Source: Phycisphaerales bacterium
Lineage (GTDB): Bacteria; Planctomycetota; Phycisphaerae; Phycisphaerales; UBA1924
NCBI GenBank assembly: GCA_965227775.1
Contig: OZ245777.1
Coordinates: 1,344,001-1,408,000, forward strand
Reading direction: 5' to 3'
Length of the DNA: 64,000 nt
The position numbers and the translations under genes were made by a program. This document shows, in pieces, positions 34,339 to 43,276 of this stretch. The notes below the pieces were generated by a model. That model worked only from the letters and a program-made list of their open reading frames with translations. It was not told the origin of the DNA and made no database searches. Within the stretch, counting starts at the first letter, position 1; each line of letters starts with the position of its first letter.

Positions 34339-35156
34339 CGCCCGTCCTCGGGCACGAAGAAGCCCATTCGTGAGGCGGTCTGCAGGGCGTCGCTGTCTTG
34401 CACGAGCCACCGGACGAAGTCCGCTCCCGCTTCGCTGAACCACGCCGCATGGTGCATCGTCGCATCGCCGTGTGGTTGATCGAGATAGCCCACGATGCGC
34501 ACGCGCCTCGCGTCGGCATCGCTGCCAAAGACGACTCCGAAAGATTCTTCGGGTGGCGAGCGCTTGGCGAAGTACGAGACGCGTTCGACGATCATCTCAC
34601 CGCCGTCGAAGTTGCCCGACGCCAGCGCGACCTCGCCCCACAGCCCGCTCTCTCGCAGCGACGCGCGCGTCCAGCGACCAAGGGCCGTCCGCTCGAGCGC
34701 GACGTGCACGGGCGCTCTGCCCATGGCCAGTTCTCGACGGTCGAGGGTCGAGCCGTTGGCAACAACGACCGCCAGTGTGTTGCCGAGCCACGGCCCCTCG
34801 CCCATTGGCGTGCGCGTCAGGTCGCCAATCTGGTGCACGCTCTCGCTCAGGTAGGCGTCGGCCTCGGCCCCGCGATCCAGGCGCATCGCCAGCCAATCGG
34901 CCTGGTCCATCCGCGCTGTGCGTGCTCCCTCGTAGATCACCAGGTCGATGCCCGGCGTCGTGCCCTCGTACAGCGGCTCGAGCCGGCGAACGAGCGGGGC
35001 CAGCACCGGATCGACCGCGACTCGGACGGCAACGAGGCCTCGCCCGGGCACGGCCTCCGCCCTGCCAGACGCGTCTGGCCATCGGCTGAAGGTCTCGGGT
35101 TTCATGGCGCAGCCGCAGCCAATAAGAACGCAGACCCACAGCCAGCCAGCAACCAT
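34335..35156 (-). CDS. ModA-like periplasmic substrate-binding protein (divergent)
   Basis: LDRGAEADAYLS, WLGNTLAVVV, LGRWTRASLRESGLW, GVVFGSDA resemble the molybdate-binding fold. Start uncertain. Confidence 0.6.
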   Translation of the reverse strand: MVAGWLWVCVLIGCGCAMKPETFSRWPDASGRAEAVPGRGLVAVRVAVDPVLAPLVRRLEPLYEGTTPGIDLVIYEGARTARMDQADWLAMRLDRGAEADAYLSESVHQIGDLTRTPMGEGPWLGNTLAVVVANGSTLDRRELAMGRAPVHVALERTALGRWTRASLRESGLWGEVALASGNFDGGEMIVERVSYFAKRSPPEESFGVVFGSDADARRVRIVGYLDQPHGDATMHHAAWFSEAGADFVRWLVQDSDALQTASRMGFFVPEDGR

Positions 35157-35312
35157 GCCTCGCACGGCACATTCTTCGGGTTCTCGGGCTCCAGGGCTTT
35201 GTAATGGGCCCCACCCGTGAAACCTCTGGGCCAGCCCGCCCAACAATGCCCCGTCCCCCAGCCGGATTCACTCCGGCCGACCCCGTCCGCCGCAGCCCCT
35301 CGGGAGCCCGCC

Positions 35313-35801
35313 ATGCACGCCGCTGCCTTTGCCATGAACTCCGGGAACTCGGCCGACGAGCAGCCGCCCGCGACCGACGGCAAGGAATTCGTCGAGCCCA
35401 TGGTCACAGACGAAGACTGCCAGTGGGCCCTGTGGACGCACCTGGGCCCGCTGCTGGCCGCCGTCATCACCTCGGGAGCGATCGCCCCGCTGGCGATTGC
35501 CTGGGGCCTGTACGTCATGCATGGGCCGGGCAAGAACCGCCCATTCGTGGCCGATCACGGGCGAGAGATGTTCAACTTCGCCTTGAGCTACACGCTCTAC
35601 TGGACGGTCGGCACGATCGTCATCGGCATTGTCACGTTCGGCGCCGGGCTGCTGGTGTTCATGCCCGCTCTCGTGATCCTGGGCCTGGTGGGCACGATCC
35701 AGGCCAGCATCGCCGCCGCCAAGGGTCGCTACTACCGGTACCCCATGTGCTTCCGGTTCATGAAGTCGGCCGAAGAGCGGGCCGCCGCCAACGCCGCCTG
35801 A
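35313..35801 (+). CDS. DUF4870 (Tic20-like) membrane protein
   Basis: WALWTHL, DHGREMFNF, AAKGRYYRYPMCFRF; three TM segments. Confidence 0.85.
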   Translation: MHAAAFAMNSGNSADEQPPATDGKEFVEPMVTDEDCQWALWTHLGPLLAAVITSGAIAPLAIAWGLYVMHGPGKNRPFVADHGREMFNFALSYTLYWTVGTIVIGIVTFGAGLLVFMPALVILGLVGTIQASIAAAKGRYYRYPMCFRFMKSAEERAAANAA

Positions 35802-35810
35802 CGCAAGAAG

Positions 35811-35827
35811 GCGGGCTCGGCCCGCCG
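35811..35827 (+). terminator. Short GC-rich hairpin after the DUF4870 gene
   Basis: GCGGGC/GCCCGC stem with a TCG loop; no U-tract. Confidence 0.3.
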
Positions 35828-35848
35828 TGCGGCTAAACTCTGGTCGTC

Positions 35849-36655
35849 GTGCCCCTGCTCGAAGCGACCAACCTGCACAAAAGCTTCAACGGGCGCGAGG
35901 TCGTGCGCGGGGTCAGCTTCTCCGTGGGCCGGGCCGAAATCGTCGGCCTGCTCGGCCGAAACGGCGCTGGCAAGACCACCAGCTTCCGCATGACCATCGG
36001 CATGCTCGCCGCCGACGAGGGCAACGTCCATTTCGACGGCCAGGACGTCGCGCCGCTGCCCATGTACAAGCGGGCGCGCCTGGGCATGGGTTACCTCAGT
36101 CAGGAGCCCAGCGTCTTCCAGCGGCTCACGTGCGAGCAGAATCTGCTGGCCATCCTCGAAACGCTGCATCTCTCGCGCAGCGAGCGCAAGCAGAAGGCCG
36201 CCGAGTTGCTCGACCGTTTCGGCCTCACGAAGAAGGCCAAGGAGAAGGCTCGTACGTGTTCGGGCGGCGAGCGTCGCAAGCTCGAGATCGCGCGGGCGCT
36301 GGTCACCAACCCTCGCATCATCCTGCTCGATGAGCCCTTCAGCGGGGTCGATCCCATCGCCGTCGAGGACCTGCAGCACGAGATCCGCATGCTGCGTGAC
36401 GCGGGCATCGCGTGCCTCATTACCGACCACAACGTGCACCAGACGCTCAAGGTCTGCGATCGGGCCTACATCATTAACGATGGCAAGGTCTTCGCCGAAG
36501 GCGCCCCGGGCCCGCTGATCAAGAACGAACTTGTCCGCCAGACGTACCTTGGCGGGCTCTTCCGCGGCGATGAGTTCGACACGCCCGACGCGCCGGCATC
36601 CATACGTCGGCGTCGCAGGCAAGGCGGCGGCACCGCAACGGAGCCAAGCCCGTGA
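35849..36655 (+). CDS. lptB: LPS export ABC transporter ATP-binding protein
   Basis: GLLGRNGAGKTTSF, LPMYKRARLGMGYLSQEPSVF, LDEPFSGVDPIAV, LITDHNV. Confidence 0.95.
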   Translation: MPLLEATNLHKSFNGREVVRGVSFSVGRAEIVGLLGRNGAGKTTSFRMTIGMLAADEGNVHFDGQDVAPLPMYKRARLGMGYLSQEPSVFQRLTCEQNLLAILETLHLSRSERKQKAAELLDRFGLTKKAKEKARTCSGGERRKLEIARALVTNPRIILLDEPFSGVDPIAVEDLQHEIRMLRDAGIACLITDHNVHQTLKVCDRAYIINDGKVFAEGAPGPLIKNELVRQTYLGGLFRGDEFDTPDAPASIRRRRRQGGGTATEPSP

Positions 36656-37068
36656 TGAAGCCGGCAGTCAGGCAGACGATTGCGCGCACGTTCCCGGTCA
36701 TCTCGCTCGCGCTGCTGAGCGCCTGCACCTCGCGCACCATCGTGGTCACGAGCGAGCCGCCCGGGGCCCTCGTCACGCTCAACGGCGTCGAGGTGGGCGC
36801 CACGCCGCTTGAGGTCGGTTTCCGCTACTACGGGCAATACGACCTGCGCCTCCGCAAGGACGGCTACCAGCCCCTGGCCGCCGCTCCGTGGGCGAACGCG
36901 CCCTGGTACGAGTACCCACCCATCGACTTCGTACTGCTGCCCTTTCTAATCGAGACGCGCGTCGAGTGGCACTACGAGCTCGAGCCGGTCTCGGTCGAGC
37001 AGGACGCGGCCGACGCGCTCATCGATCGAGGCGAGCAGATGCGCCGGGCGGTCGAGCCGGGGGCGTAG
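36655..37068 (+). CDS. PEGA-domain lipoprotein
   Basis: Lipobox LSAC; VTSEPPGALVTLNGVEVGATP; TGATG coupling with lptB. Confidence 0.85.
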   Translation: MKPAVRQTIARTFPVISLALLSACTSRTIVVTSEPPGALVTLNGVEVGATPLEVGFRYYGQYDLRLRKDGYQPLAAAPWANAPWYEYPPIDFVLLPFLIETRVEWHYELEPVSVEQDAADALIDRGEQMRRAVEPGA

Positions 37069-37084
37069 CGGCGGGTCTCGCTCG

Positions 37085-37597
37085 CTAGTCGACGTGCAAC
37101 TGGCCGATCTCGGAGGGCCGCGCCGGATTTGGCGGGTCGCCGTTGATCCTCGCGCTGACTACACGTCCGATATATAGCTCGTGATCGGCGTCCATGTCGA
37201 CGTGGCGGACCACCTCGCAGTCGAACGCGAGCGCACTCGATTGCAGGATCGGTGCGCCCGTTTCCAGCGTCACCACGGCGAGGGCGTCGAACGGGTCGTG
37301 GAACTCCTCCGCGGAGGGGTACCGCTCGAAGCGACGACGCATGATCCGATCGTCGACCGGTACGCTCGCCACCGCGAAGGTGCGGGCGTCGCGGATGAGA
37401 GGCTCGATGCGATGGCCGCGGCGGACCGGTACGCAGATCAGCAGCGGCTCGGTCGAGCACAGGTGGACACCGAGAGCGAGAACACCCGCCCGCTCGCCGT
37501 CGTGGCTGGACGACAGCAGGAACAGGCCCGATGGGAGGCGATCGCATGCTTCGGCGATCAGCCGTTGCTCGGCAGGATCGAGGTTGGTTTCGGTCAC
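37085..37597 (-). CDS. Flavin reductase-like protein
   Basis: LPSGLFLLSS, STEPLLI, TGAPIL, DCEV...DHELYIGRV; start set at GTG 37597. Confidence 0.88.
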   Translation of the reverse strand: MTETNLDPAEQRLIAEACDRLPSGLFLLSSSHDGERAGVLALGVHLCSTEPLLICVPVRRGHRIEPLIRDARTFAVASVPVDDRIMRRRFERYPSAEEFHDPFDALAVVTLETGAPILQSSALAFDCEVVRHVDMDADHELYIGRVVSARINGDPPNPARPSEIGQLHVD

Positions 37598-37754
37598 GCG
37601 ATCTCCCGGAGTAGGGGGACGGACCCGAGTGTACGGATACCGGACCATGGCGGATCCCCGGCACGGTGCTCATAAACACAACCCTATCAGAAACGGCAGA
37701 TTTGGAGATTGGCTGGATCAAAAAGTGAAGAAACGCCGAAATCGGGCACAGATA

Positions 37755-37791
37755 GTGTTGCATTGTGGGGCAAAGTGGGTCATAATCCCAC
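37755..37791 (+). promoter_or_regulatory. mraZ promoter (TTGCAT-N17-CATAAT) with 10-bp-phased GTG(G) MraZ-type boxes
   Basis: -35 at 37758-37763 and -10 at 37781-37786. GTGTT, GTGGG and GTGGG start at 37755, 37765 and 37775; an inverted copy (CCCAC) lies at 37787. Confidence 0.8.
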
Positions 37792-37819
37792 GCAATGCCC
37801 CTCGTGAGTGCCCCCATCG

Positions 37820-38263
37820 ATGCTCTTCACCGGACATGCCGAGCACAGCATCGACGCCAAGCTGCGTCTCTCGCTGCCCAAGAAGCATCGGAGCCAGTGG
37901 GACCCCGAGGAGCAGGGCGACCAGTGGTACTGCGTTCCCTGGCCCAACGGCATCCTGCGGCTCTACCCGGCCAAGACCTTCGAGCGGCTGGCCGAGCAGA
38001 GCTCCGAGAGCCTGACGCCCAACGAGGATCAAGGCGAGCTCGAAGCCACGCTGTATGGCCTGGCCGAGATGCTGACGGTCGACGGACAAGGCCGGATCAT
38101 GCTGCCCAAGGAGCACCTGGAGATGACCGAGCTCGGGCGTGCGGTGGTGGTCGTCGGCGTGCGCAATCGGCTGGAGATCCACGACCAGGACGGCTGGCAA
38201 GCGGAACGAGCAAGGCGCTTCGCCGACTTGCCCAACCTGGTCCGAAAGGTCGATTCGAAATGA
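37820..38263 (+). CDS. mraZ: Division/cell-wall cluster transcriptional repressor MraZ
   Basis: FTGHAEHSIDAKLRLSLP and VDGQGRIMLP (two SpoVT-AbrB repeats), VGVRNRLEI. Confidence 0.93.
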   Translation: MLFTGHAEHSIDAKLRLSLPKKHRSQWDPEEQGDQWYCVPWPNGILRLYPAKTFERLAEQSSESLTPNEDQGELEATLYGLAEMLTVDGQGRIMLPKEHLEMTELGRAVVVVGVRNRLEIHDQDGWQAERARRFADLPNLVRKVDSK

Positions 38264-38319
38264 TCGAGGGCACGGACAGCCCGCAGGCCTCATCACGCTT
38301 TGCCGGACGCGAAGCGGCG

Positions 38320-38675
38320 GGGGCCCGATCGAGTACGAGCATCGGCGTCCTGCCAATGGATGCCAGCGGCAGTCGGAGAGAGAGGGGTGGCGGCCTCGGC
38401 TGACATTCTGGGGCGCCAGCCGTTCTGAACGACGGTGGGCGCGTTTTCGAGGGGCCCGCAAGGCTGCGGGTAACACACGCGGTTGTGCGAGGGGCTCAAG
38501 GACGAGCCCCGGCGTGATCCCCCTCGAAGGGCATCTCTCTCCTCCCTCGTGGGGCTCTCGGGGCGATCCCGATGGCCCGCTTTCAAGACACCACCGGCTC
38601 CGCGGCAGTTCCCACCACCACCACTTTGCTGCGAGCCACTCGATCCGCCCCGGCACCACCCGGGGCGGATCTCGT
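38320..38675 (+). ncRNA. Candidate novel structured non-coding RNA downstream of mraZ (boundaries approximate)
   Basis: At least nine hand-identified helices in a 430-bp intergenic gap. G-U pairs favour the + strand. No convincing ORF. Confidence 0.6.
38642..38671. terminator. Perfect 12-bp hairpin with CACCAC loop between converging transcription units
   Basis: GATCCGCCCCGG-CACCAC-CCGGGGCGGATC; U-tract is weak. Confidence 0.55.
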
Positions 38676-38692
38676 TGGGGCTTGTCGCGGAC

Positions 38693-38977
38693 TTACCCCT
38701 CGACTTCGACGCCGCGCCAGAAGGCCACGTAGCCCTCGAAACTCTTGGCCTGCGGCTTCGTGTCGGGGTAGTACCACGCTGCGTGCTCGGCGGTCTTGCC
38801 ATCAACGACAACGTCGTAGTACTTCGCTTCGCCCTTCCACGGGCAGTTGGTGGTCAGGGCGTTGTCCTTAAGGAACTCGCGCTTGATCGAATCGGGCGGA
38901 AAGTAGTGGTTGCCCTCGACGATCTCGGTCTTGTCCGACTCGGCCACGACCTGGCCGTTGAAAACTGCTCGCGCCAT
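38693..38977 (-). CDS. DUF427 domain protein
   Basis: VEGNHYFPPDS, CPWKGEAKYY, AAWYYP, YVAFWRGV; AGGAG SD. Confidence 0.93.
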   Translation of the reverse strand: MARAVFNGQVVAESDKTEIVEGNHYFPPDSIKREFLKDNALTTNCPWKGEAKYYDVVVDGKTAEHAAWYYPDTKPQAKSFEGYVAFWRGVEVEG

Positions 38978-39044
38978 CGAGTTTCTCCTATGGGTGGTCT
39001 AGCGGTCTCGCTCTGGGGCAGGGCCGGCTAGCCTTGCTGCCTTG

Positions 39045-39602
39045 ATGCCCGACCACGACGCATTACCGTATAAGCTCGCGTGCCTGTGCGATCTGCGCGA
39101 CCGCAATGGCCGTGTACTGCTGATCGAACGTCGCAAGTCGCCCAACCTGGGCCTCTGCTCGCCGATTGGCGGGAAGCTCGATACCGCCCTCGGTGAATCT
39201 CCCCACCAGTGCGCCCAGCGAGAGATCCAGGAGGAGGCGGGCATCGACGTGCCGATCGAGCGGCTGCACTTGATGGGTCTGGTCAGCGAGCGGGCGTTCG
39301 AGGGCAAGGGCCACTGGCTGATGTTCTACTTCCGCGTGCTGGGCCCGGTCGAGGTGCCCGAGCAGGACATCCCTGAAGGGCGCTTGCGGTGGTTCGAGCC
39401 GGGACAGATCACCGACTTGCCGCTGCCCGAGACCGATCGCTCGATCATCTGGCCGCTCGTCGACGAGCACGACCACGAGCACCTGACGCGGGCAGACGCC
39501 CATCGCCCGGGCCTGCCTGGCCTTTTCGCGGTCCACATCGACTGCCGGAATGAACGCCTGGCATGGTCCGTGGAACAAACCGGGCGTGCTTCCCAAACGT
39601 AA
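39045..39602 (+). CDS. NUDIX hydrolase
   Basis: Nudix box GGKLDTALGESPHQCAQREIQEEAGI. Confidence 0.92.
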   Translation: MPDHDALPYKLACLCDLRDRNGRVLLIERRKSPNLGLCSPIGGKLDTALGESPHQCAQREIQEEAGIDVPIERLHLMGLVSERAFEGKGHWLMFYFRVLGPVEVPEQDIPEGRLRWFEPGQITDLPLPETDRSIIWPLVDEHDHEHLTRADAHRPGLPGLFAVHIDCRNERLAWSVEQTGRASQT

Positions 39603-39662
39603 GGTTGACGAGAAGGGCAATTCGGCGGGGGCCCGGGACCGATCGCAATATACTTGCTACGC

Positions 39663-41513
39663 ATGAATGACCCGCTCCGTACAACTTCCGCCCGCCCCTG
39701 GCGAGCCGTCCGGCTCGTCCTGCTCTCGCTGCTCGTGACGTGCCTCGTGTCCGTCGAGGTCGGCTTGGCCCAAGACGGCGCGGGCAGCGAGGCCGGCCCG
39801 GCACCCTCGGCCTCCGTGCCTGCTTCCCGGCAGGCCCAGGAAGTCGTCGTGATGCCGATCCGCACGGCCATCGACCGCTTCACGGTGAAGAGCCTCGAGC
39901 AGCGCATGCAGCGCGCCGAAGACGACGGCGCGCAGGCGGTGGTGATCGAGCTGGACACGCCCGGCGGTGAGGTCGGCGCAGTGCTCGAGATCAGCAACCT
40001 GCTCAAGACCAGCCAGGTGCCGACGATCGTGGCCTGGGTGAACTACACGGCCCTGAGCGGCGGAGCGATTATCGCCATGGCGTGCGACGAGATCGTGACA
40101 GCAGACCCTGGCACGCTGGGCGATGCCATCCCGATCCAGGTCTCGCAGCTGTTCGGCTTGCAGCAGATGGCCGAGGACGAAAAGCAGAAGATTCTGGCAC
40201 CGCTGCTGGTCGATCTCGTCGATTCGGCCCGCCGGAACGGATACGACGAGAAGCTCATGCAGGGCTTTGTCTCGCTTGGTGTCGAGCTTTGGATGATTGA
40301 GCGCACGAGGCCGGGCCCTGAGGGCCAGCCGGTTGGTGAGCGCATGTTCATTGACTTGGCCGAGTATCGGCTGCTCTTCGGCGAGCCGCCGGAAGCGCGC
40401 ATGTCCCAGATCCCGTCGGCGGGCACCGGCTTCACCGAGCCGGCAAGCGAGGACGATGCGTCGACGCCCTGGCCCACCGCGCCCGGCGACGCGACAGCAT
40501 TCCGCCCGGCATCGCCGGAGCTTGCGGTCCTCGACGAGAAGCCCGAGACCAGCGTGAGTGACAATCTCGTTGTACCGACGACTCGTCCGACGCTGAGCGA
40601 GGGCGATCGTGGCGGCTGGCGCGTCGTCGCGTACGTGACCGACGGCAAGGCCCCGGTGACGATGACGAGCGAGCAGCTCGTGCGCTACGACGTTGCCAAC
40701 CGAGTCGTGCAGAGCGACGCGGACCTCAAGGCTTTCTTTGGCGCCACATCGATGGTGCGGTATGAAGAGAACTTCTGGTTCGCCCTTGCACGATTTATGT
40801 CCAACCCGCTTGTGCGCGGCTTGCTGCTGGTGTGCGTGGTGGTGGGCTTCTTCGTCGAGATGGCCAGCCCGGGGTTGGGCGTCTTTGGCGCCATCGGCCT
40901 GCTCGCGCTCGTCGGCCTGCTCGCGCCCGCTGCCATGGTGGGCATGGCCGGCTGGTGGGAGTTTGCTGCGCTCGGGCTCGGCGCCGTGCTGGTGCTGATA
41001 GAGGTGTTCGTTGTGCCTGGGCTCGGTGTACCGGGTGTCATCGGAGCGGTGCTCGTCTTCCTCGGGTTGCTGGGCACGTTCACGGGCGGCAACGGCTTCC
41101 AGACCCAGGGCGAGTTGCTCACGGGCGTCGTCGTCTTGCTGCTCTCGCTGGCAACGGCGGGGGTGATCATCTTCCTGATTGCACGAAATCTCGGCAGCAT
41201 TCCTGGGCTCAATCGCTTGATTCTCAAGAGCGTGCCTTCAGAGGATGATGAGAGCCCGACCTTCTTCGACGCGATGGTGCCCACGCAGCCGGCCGCAGCG
41301 GGCCTGGAAGTTGGCGCCGTGGGCGAGGCCGTCGGCGTGCTTCGGCCGTCCGGCCGGGCCCGTTTCGCCGAAGCGCTGGTCGACGTGGTGTCGGTTGGGC
41401 CGATCATCGAGAGCGGCCAGCGTGTGCGTGTCATCGAGGCTTCGGCGTTCAGTGTGGTGGTCGAGAAGGCCGATGAATCCGGCGGGGACGAACCCGCCGG
41501 GGAGGAGGCCTGA
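39663..41513 (+). CDS. NfeD family membrane protein, long form with ClpP-like domain
   Basis: LDTPGG, ALSGGAIIAMAC, TM bundle, C-terminal OB fold LRPSGRA. Confidence 0.88.
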   Translation: MNDPLRTTSARPWRAVRLVLLSLLVTCLVSVEVGLAQDGAGSEAGPAPSASVPASRQAQEVVVMPIRTAIDRFTVKSLEQRMQRAEDDGAQAVVIELDTPGGEVGAVLEISNLLKTSQVPTIVAWVNYTALSGGAIIAMACDEIVTADPGTLGDAIPIQVSQLFGLQQMAEDEKQKILAPLLVDLVDSARRNGYDEKLMQGFVSLGVELWMIERTRPGPEGQPVGERMFIDLAEYRLLFGEPPEARMSQIPSAGTGFTEPASEDDASTPWPTAPGDATAFRPASPELAVLDEKPETSVSDNLVVPTTRPTLSEGDRGGWRVVAYVTDGKAPVTMTSEQLVRYDVANRVVQSDADLKAFFGATSMVRYEENFWFALARFMSNPLVRGLLLVCVVVGFFVEMASPGLGVFGAIGLLALVGLLAPAAMVGMAGWWEFAALGLGAVLVLIEVFVVPGLGVPGVIGAVLVFLGLLGTFTGGNGFQTQGELLTGVVVLLLSLATAGVIIFLIARNLGSIPGLNRLILKSVPSEDDESPTFFDAMVPTQPAAAGLEVGAVGEAVGVLRPSGRARFAEALVDVVSVGPIIESGQRVRVIEASAFSVVVEKADESGGDEPAGEEA

Positions 41514-42013
41514 TGGACCCGCTGCTGGTCTGGGGATTGCTGCTGCTGGGCATCGCCGCCTTCTTGGGGCTGATGGAGTTCTTCGTGCCCAGCGCGGGCA
41601 TCATCGGCATCGTGGCGCTCGTCGTCGCGATCGCCGGCGTCGTGTGTTTGTGGAGTTACGAGACGGCGTGGGGTGTGACCGGCATGCTGGGCGTCATCGT
41701 CATCGCGCCCACGGCCACGTACTTCGGATTCAAGGTGCTGCCCTACACGCCGATCGGCAAGGGGCTCATCCTGAGCAACCCGGATCCCGACGACCCTGCC
41801 AGCGATCCGACGAACGCGACACACGCGCAGCGGATCGCGCTCGTCGGGCAGGAAGGCGTCGTCGAGACAGATCTGCGGCCTATCGGGATCGTGAAGATCG
41901 AGGGGCACCGCCACGATGCCGTGGCCGAGAGCGGTTACGTCGCTCGCGGCTCGCGCGTGAAGGTGGTCTCTGCCGACGGCATCCAGCTCAAGGTGCGCGA
42001 AACCACGGCGTAG
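41513..42013 (+). CDS. NfeD family protein, short form
   Basis: EFFVPSAGIIG TM region; LVGQEGVVETDLRPIG OB fold; TGATG coupling. Confidence 0.88.
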   Translation: MDPLLVWGLLLLGIAAFLGLMEFFVPSAGIIGIVALVVAIAGVVCLWSYETAWGVTGMLGVIVIAPTATYFGFKVLPYTPIGKGLILSNPDPDDPASDPTNATHAQRIALVGQEGVVETDLRPIGIVKIEGHRHDAVAESGYVARGSRVKVVSADGIQLKVRETTA

Positions 42014-42092
42014 CAGTCCCGCGGTCAGATTCACCGGCGTAGGGACCAGCCAGCGTCGGCAGGCGGGAGGTCCCCCAAGGGCGATATCCCGC

Positions 42093-42120
42093 TTGCAGCG
42101 GCGGGCCGTGGGCTTATAGT
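42093..42120 (+). promoter_or_regulatory. Putative sigma70-type promoter for floA
   Basis: TTGCAG-N16-TATAGT. Confidence 0.45.
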
Positions 42121-42180
42121 CCGGCCATATCCGCCGGCGCGGGCTCTTACTTGCCCGGTCGGCCCCAGGAGGTGTCAGGA

Positions 42181-43203
42181 ATGGGCAGTATTCCCCCGGG
42201 TGTCTGGATCGCGATCGGCGTCGTCCTGCTGATCATCGTGATCGTCATCGTGGCGATCCTCGGCCGGTTCATCAAGCTGTGGATCCAGGCGTTCGTCTCC
42301 GAGGCCAAGGTCAGCTTTGGCGCGCTGATTGGCATGTGGCTGCGGAAAGTCGACATGAACATCATCGTCTTCAGCCGTATCCGTGCGGTGAAGGCGAAGC
42401 TCAACATCTCGACCGACGAGCTCGAGACGCACTACCTGGCCGGTGGACGCGTGCCGAACGTCATTAGCGCGATGATCGCCGCGAGCAACGCCAAGATCGA
42501 GTTGCCTTGGGGCGTGGCTACGGCCATCGACCTGGCCGGCCGAGACATCCTTGACGCCGTGAACACGAGCGTGAACCCGAAGGTCATCGATTGCCCCGGG
42601 CCCAACCAGCCGCGGCCGACGATCGATGCTGTGGCTCAGGACGGCATCCAGCTCAAGGCCAAGGCCCGCGTGACGGTGCGGACGAACCTGGCCCGCCTGG
42701 TCGGTGGTGCCACCGAGGAGACGATCATCGCCCGCGTGGGCGAGGGCATCGTCACGACGATCGGCTCGGCACTGGACCACAAGGCGGTCCTCGAGAACCC
42801 CGACAACATTTCGAAGGTTGTGATGCAGCGCGGCCTCGACGCGGGCACGGCGTTCGAGATCCTCTCGATCGACATCGCCGACATCGACGTGGGCGAGAAC
42901 ATCGGTGCCCGCCTGCAGACCGACCAGGCCGAGGCCGACAAGAAGCGGGCGCAGGCCGAGGCCGAGAAGCGGCGCGCGATGGCGGTCGCGGCCGAGCAGG
43001 AGTTCCGCGCCGAGGAGCAGAAGAACCGGGCGCTGGTCGTGCTGGCCGAGGCCGAGGTTCCCAAGGCGATGGCCGAGGCTTTCCGCGGTGGCAACCTTGG
43101 TGTGATGGACTATTACCGCATGCAGAACATCCAGGCCGACACGTCGATGCGCGGCTCCATCGCGGGCGAGGATGCCGCCAGGGATCGCCAAGCAAACGAC
43201 TGA
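42181..43203 (+). CDS. floA: Flotillin-like protein FloA (YqfA/UPF0365)
   Basis: [53 protein letters not shown]. Confidence 0.93.
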   Translation: MGSIPPGVWIAIGVVLLIIVIVIVAILGRFIKLWIQAFVSEAKVSFGALIGMWLRKVDMNIIVFSRIRAVKAKLNISTDELETHYLAGGRVPNVISAMIAASNAKIELPWGVATAIDLAGRDILDAVNTSVNPKVIDCPGPNQPRPTIDAVAQDGIQLKAKARVTVRTNLARLVGGATEETIIARVGEGIVTTIGSALDHKAVLENPDNISKVVMQRGLDAGTAFEILSIDIADIDVGENIGARLQTDQAEADKKRAQAEAEKRRAMAVAAEQEFRAEEQKNRALVVLAEAEVPKAMAEAFRGGNLGVMDYYRMQNIQADTSMRGSIAGEDAARDRQAND

Positions 43204-43225
43204 CGAAGCACTTTACGGCCAAATC

Positions 43226-43262
43226 AAAACGCCCACGCGGGGTGCGTGGGCGTTGTTCATTT
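43226..43262. terminator. Bidirectional rho-independent terminator
   Basis: 11-bp stem AACGCCCACGC/GCGTGGGCGTT flanked by A- and T-rich tracts, between converging genes. Confidence 0.8.
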
Positions 43263-43276
43263 GAGATCGGGCGTGC

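Noticed and set aside
38375..38625. tmRNA, RNase P, SRP, 6S or tRNA identity for the RNA after mraZ (GGGG start, ...CCACCA, cloverleaf)
   Set aside because: No T-arm GTTCRA before the CCA, no GAGGAAAGTCC RNase P core, no SRP GGAA/AGCAG loop, and it is multibranched rather than a 6S-like rod.
38139..39031. ORFs 38139-38732(+), 38293-38811(-) and 38483-39031(+) crossing the mraZ-DUF427 gap
   Set aside because: Arg/Gly/Pro-rich shadow translations that overlap real genes and show no recognisable motifs.
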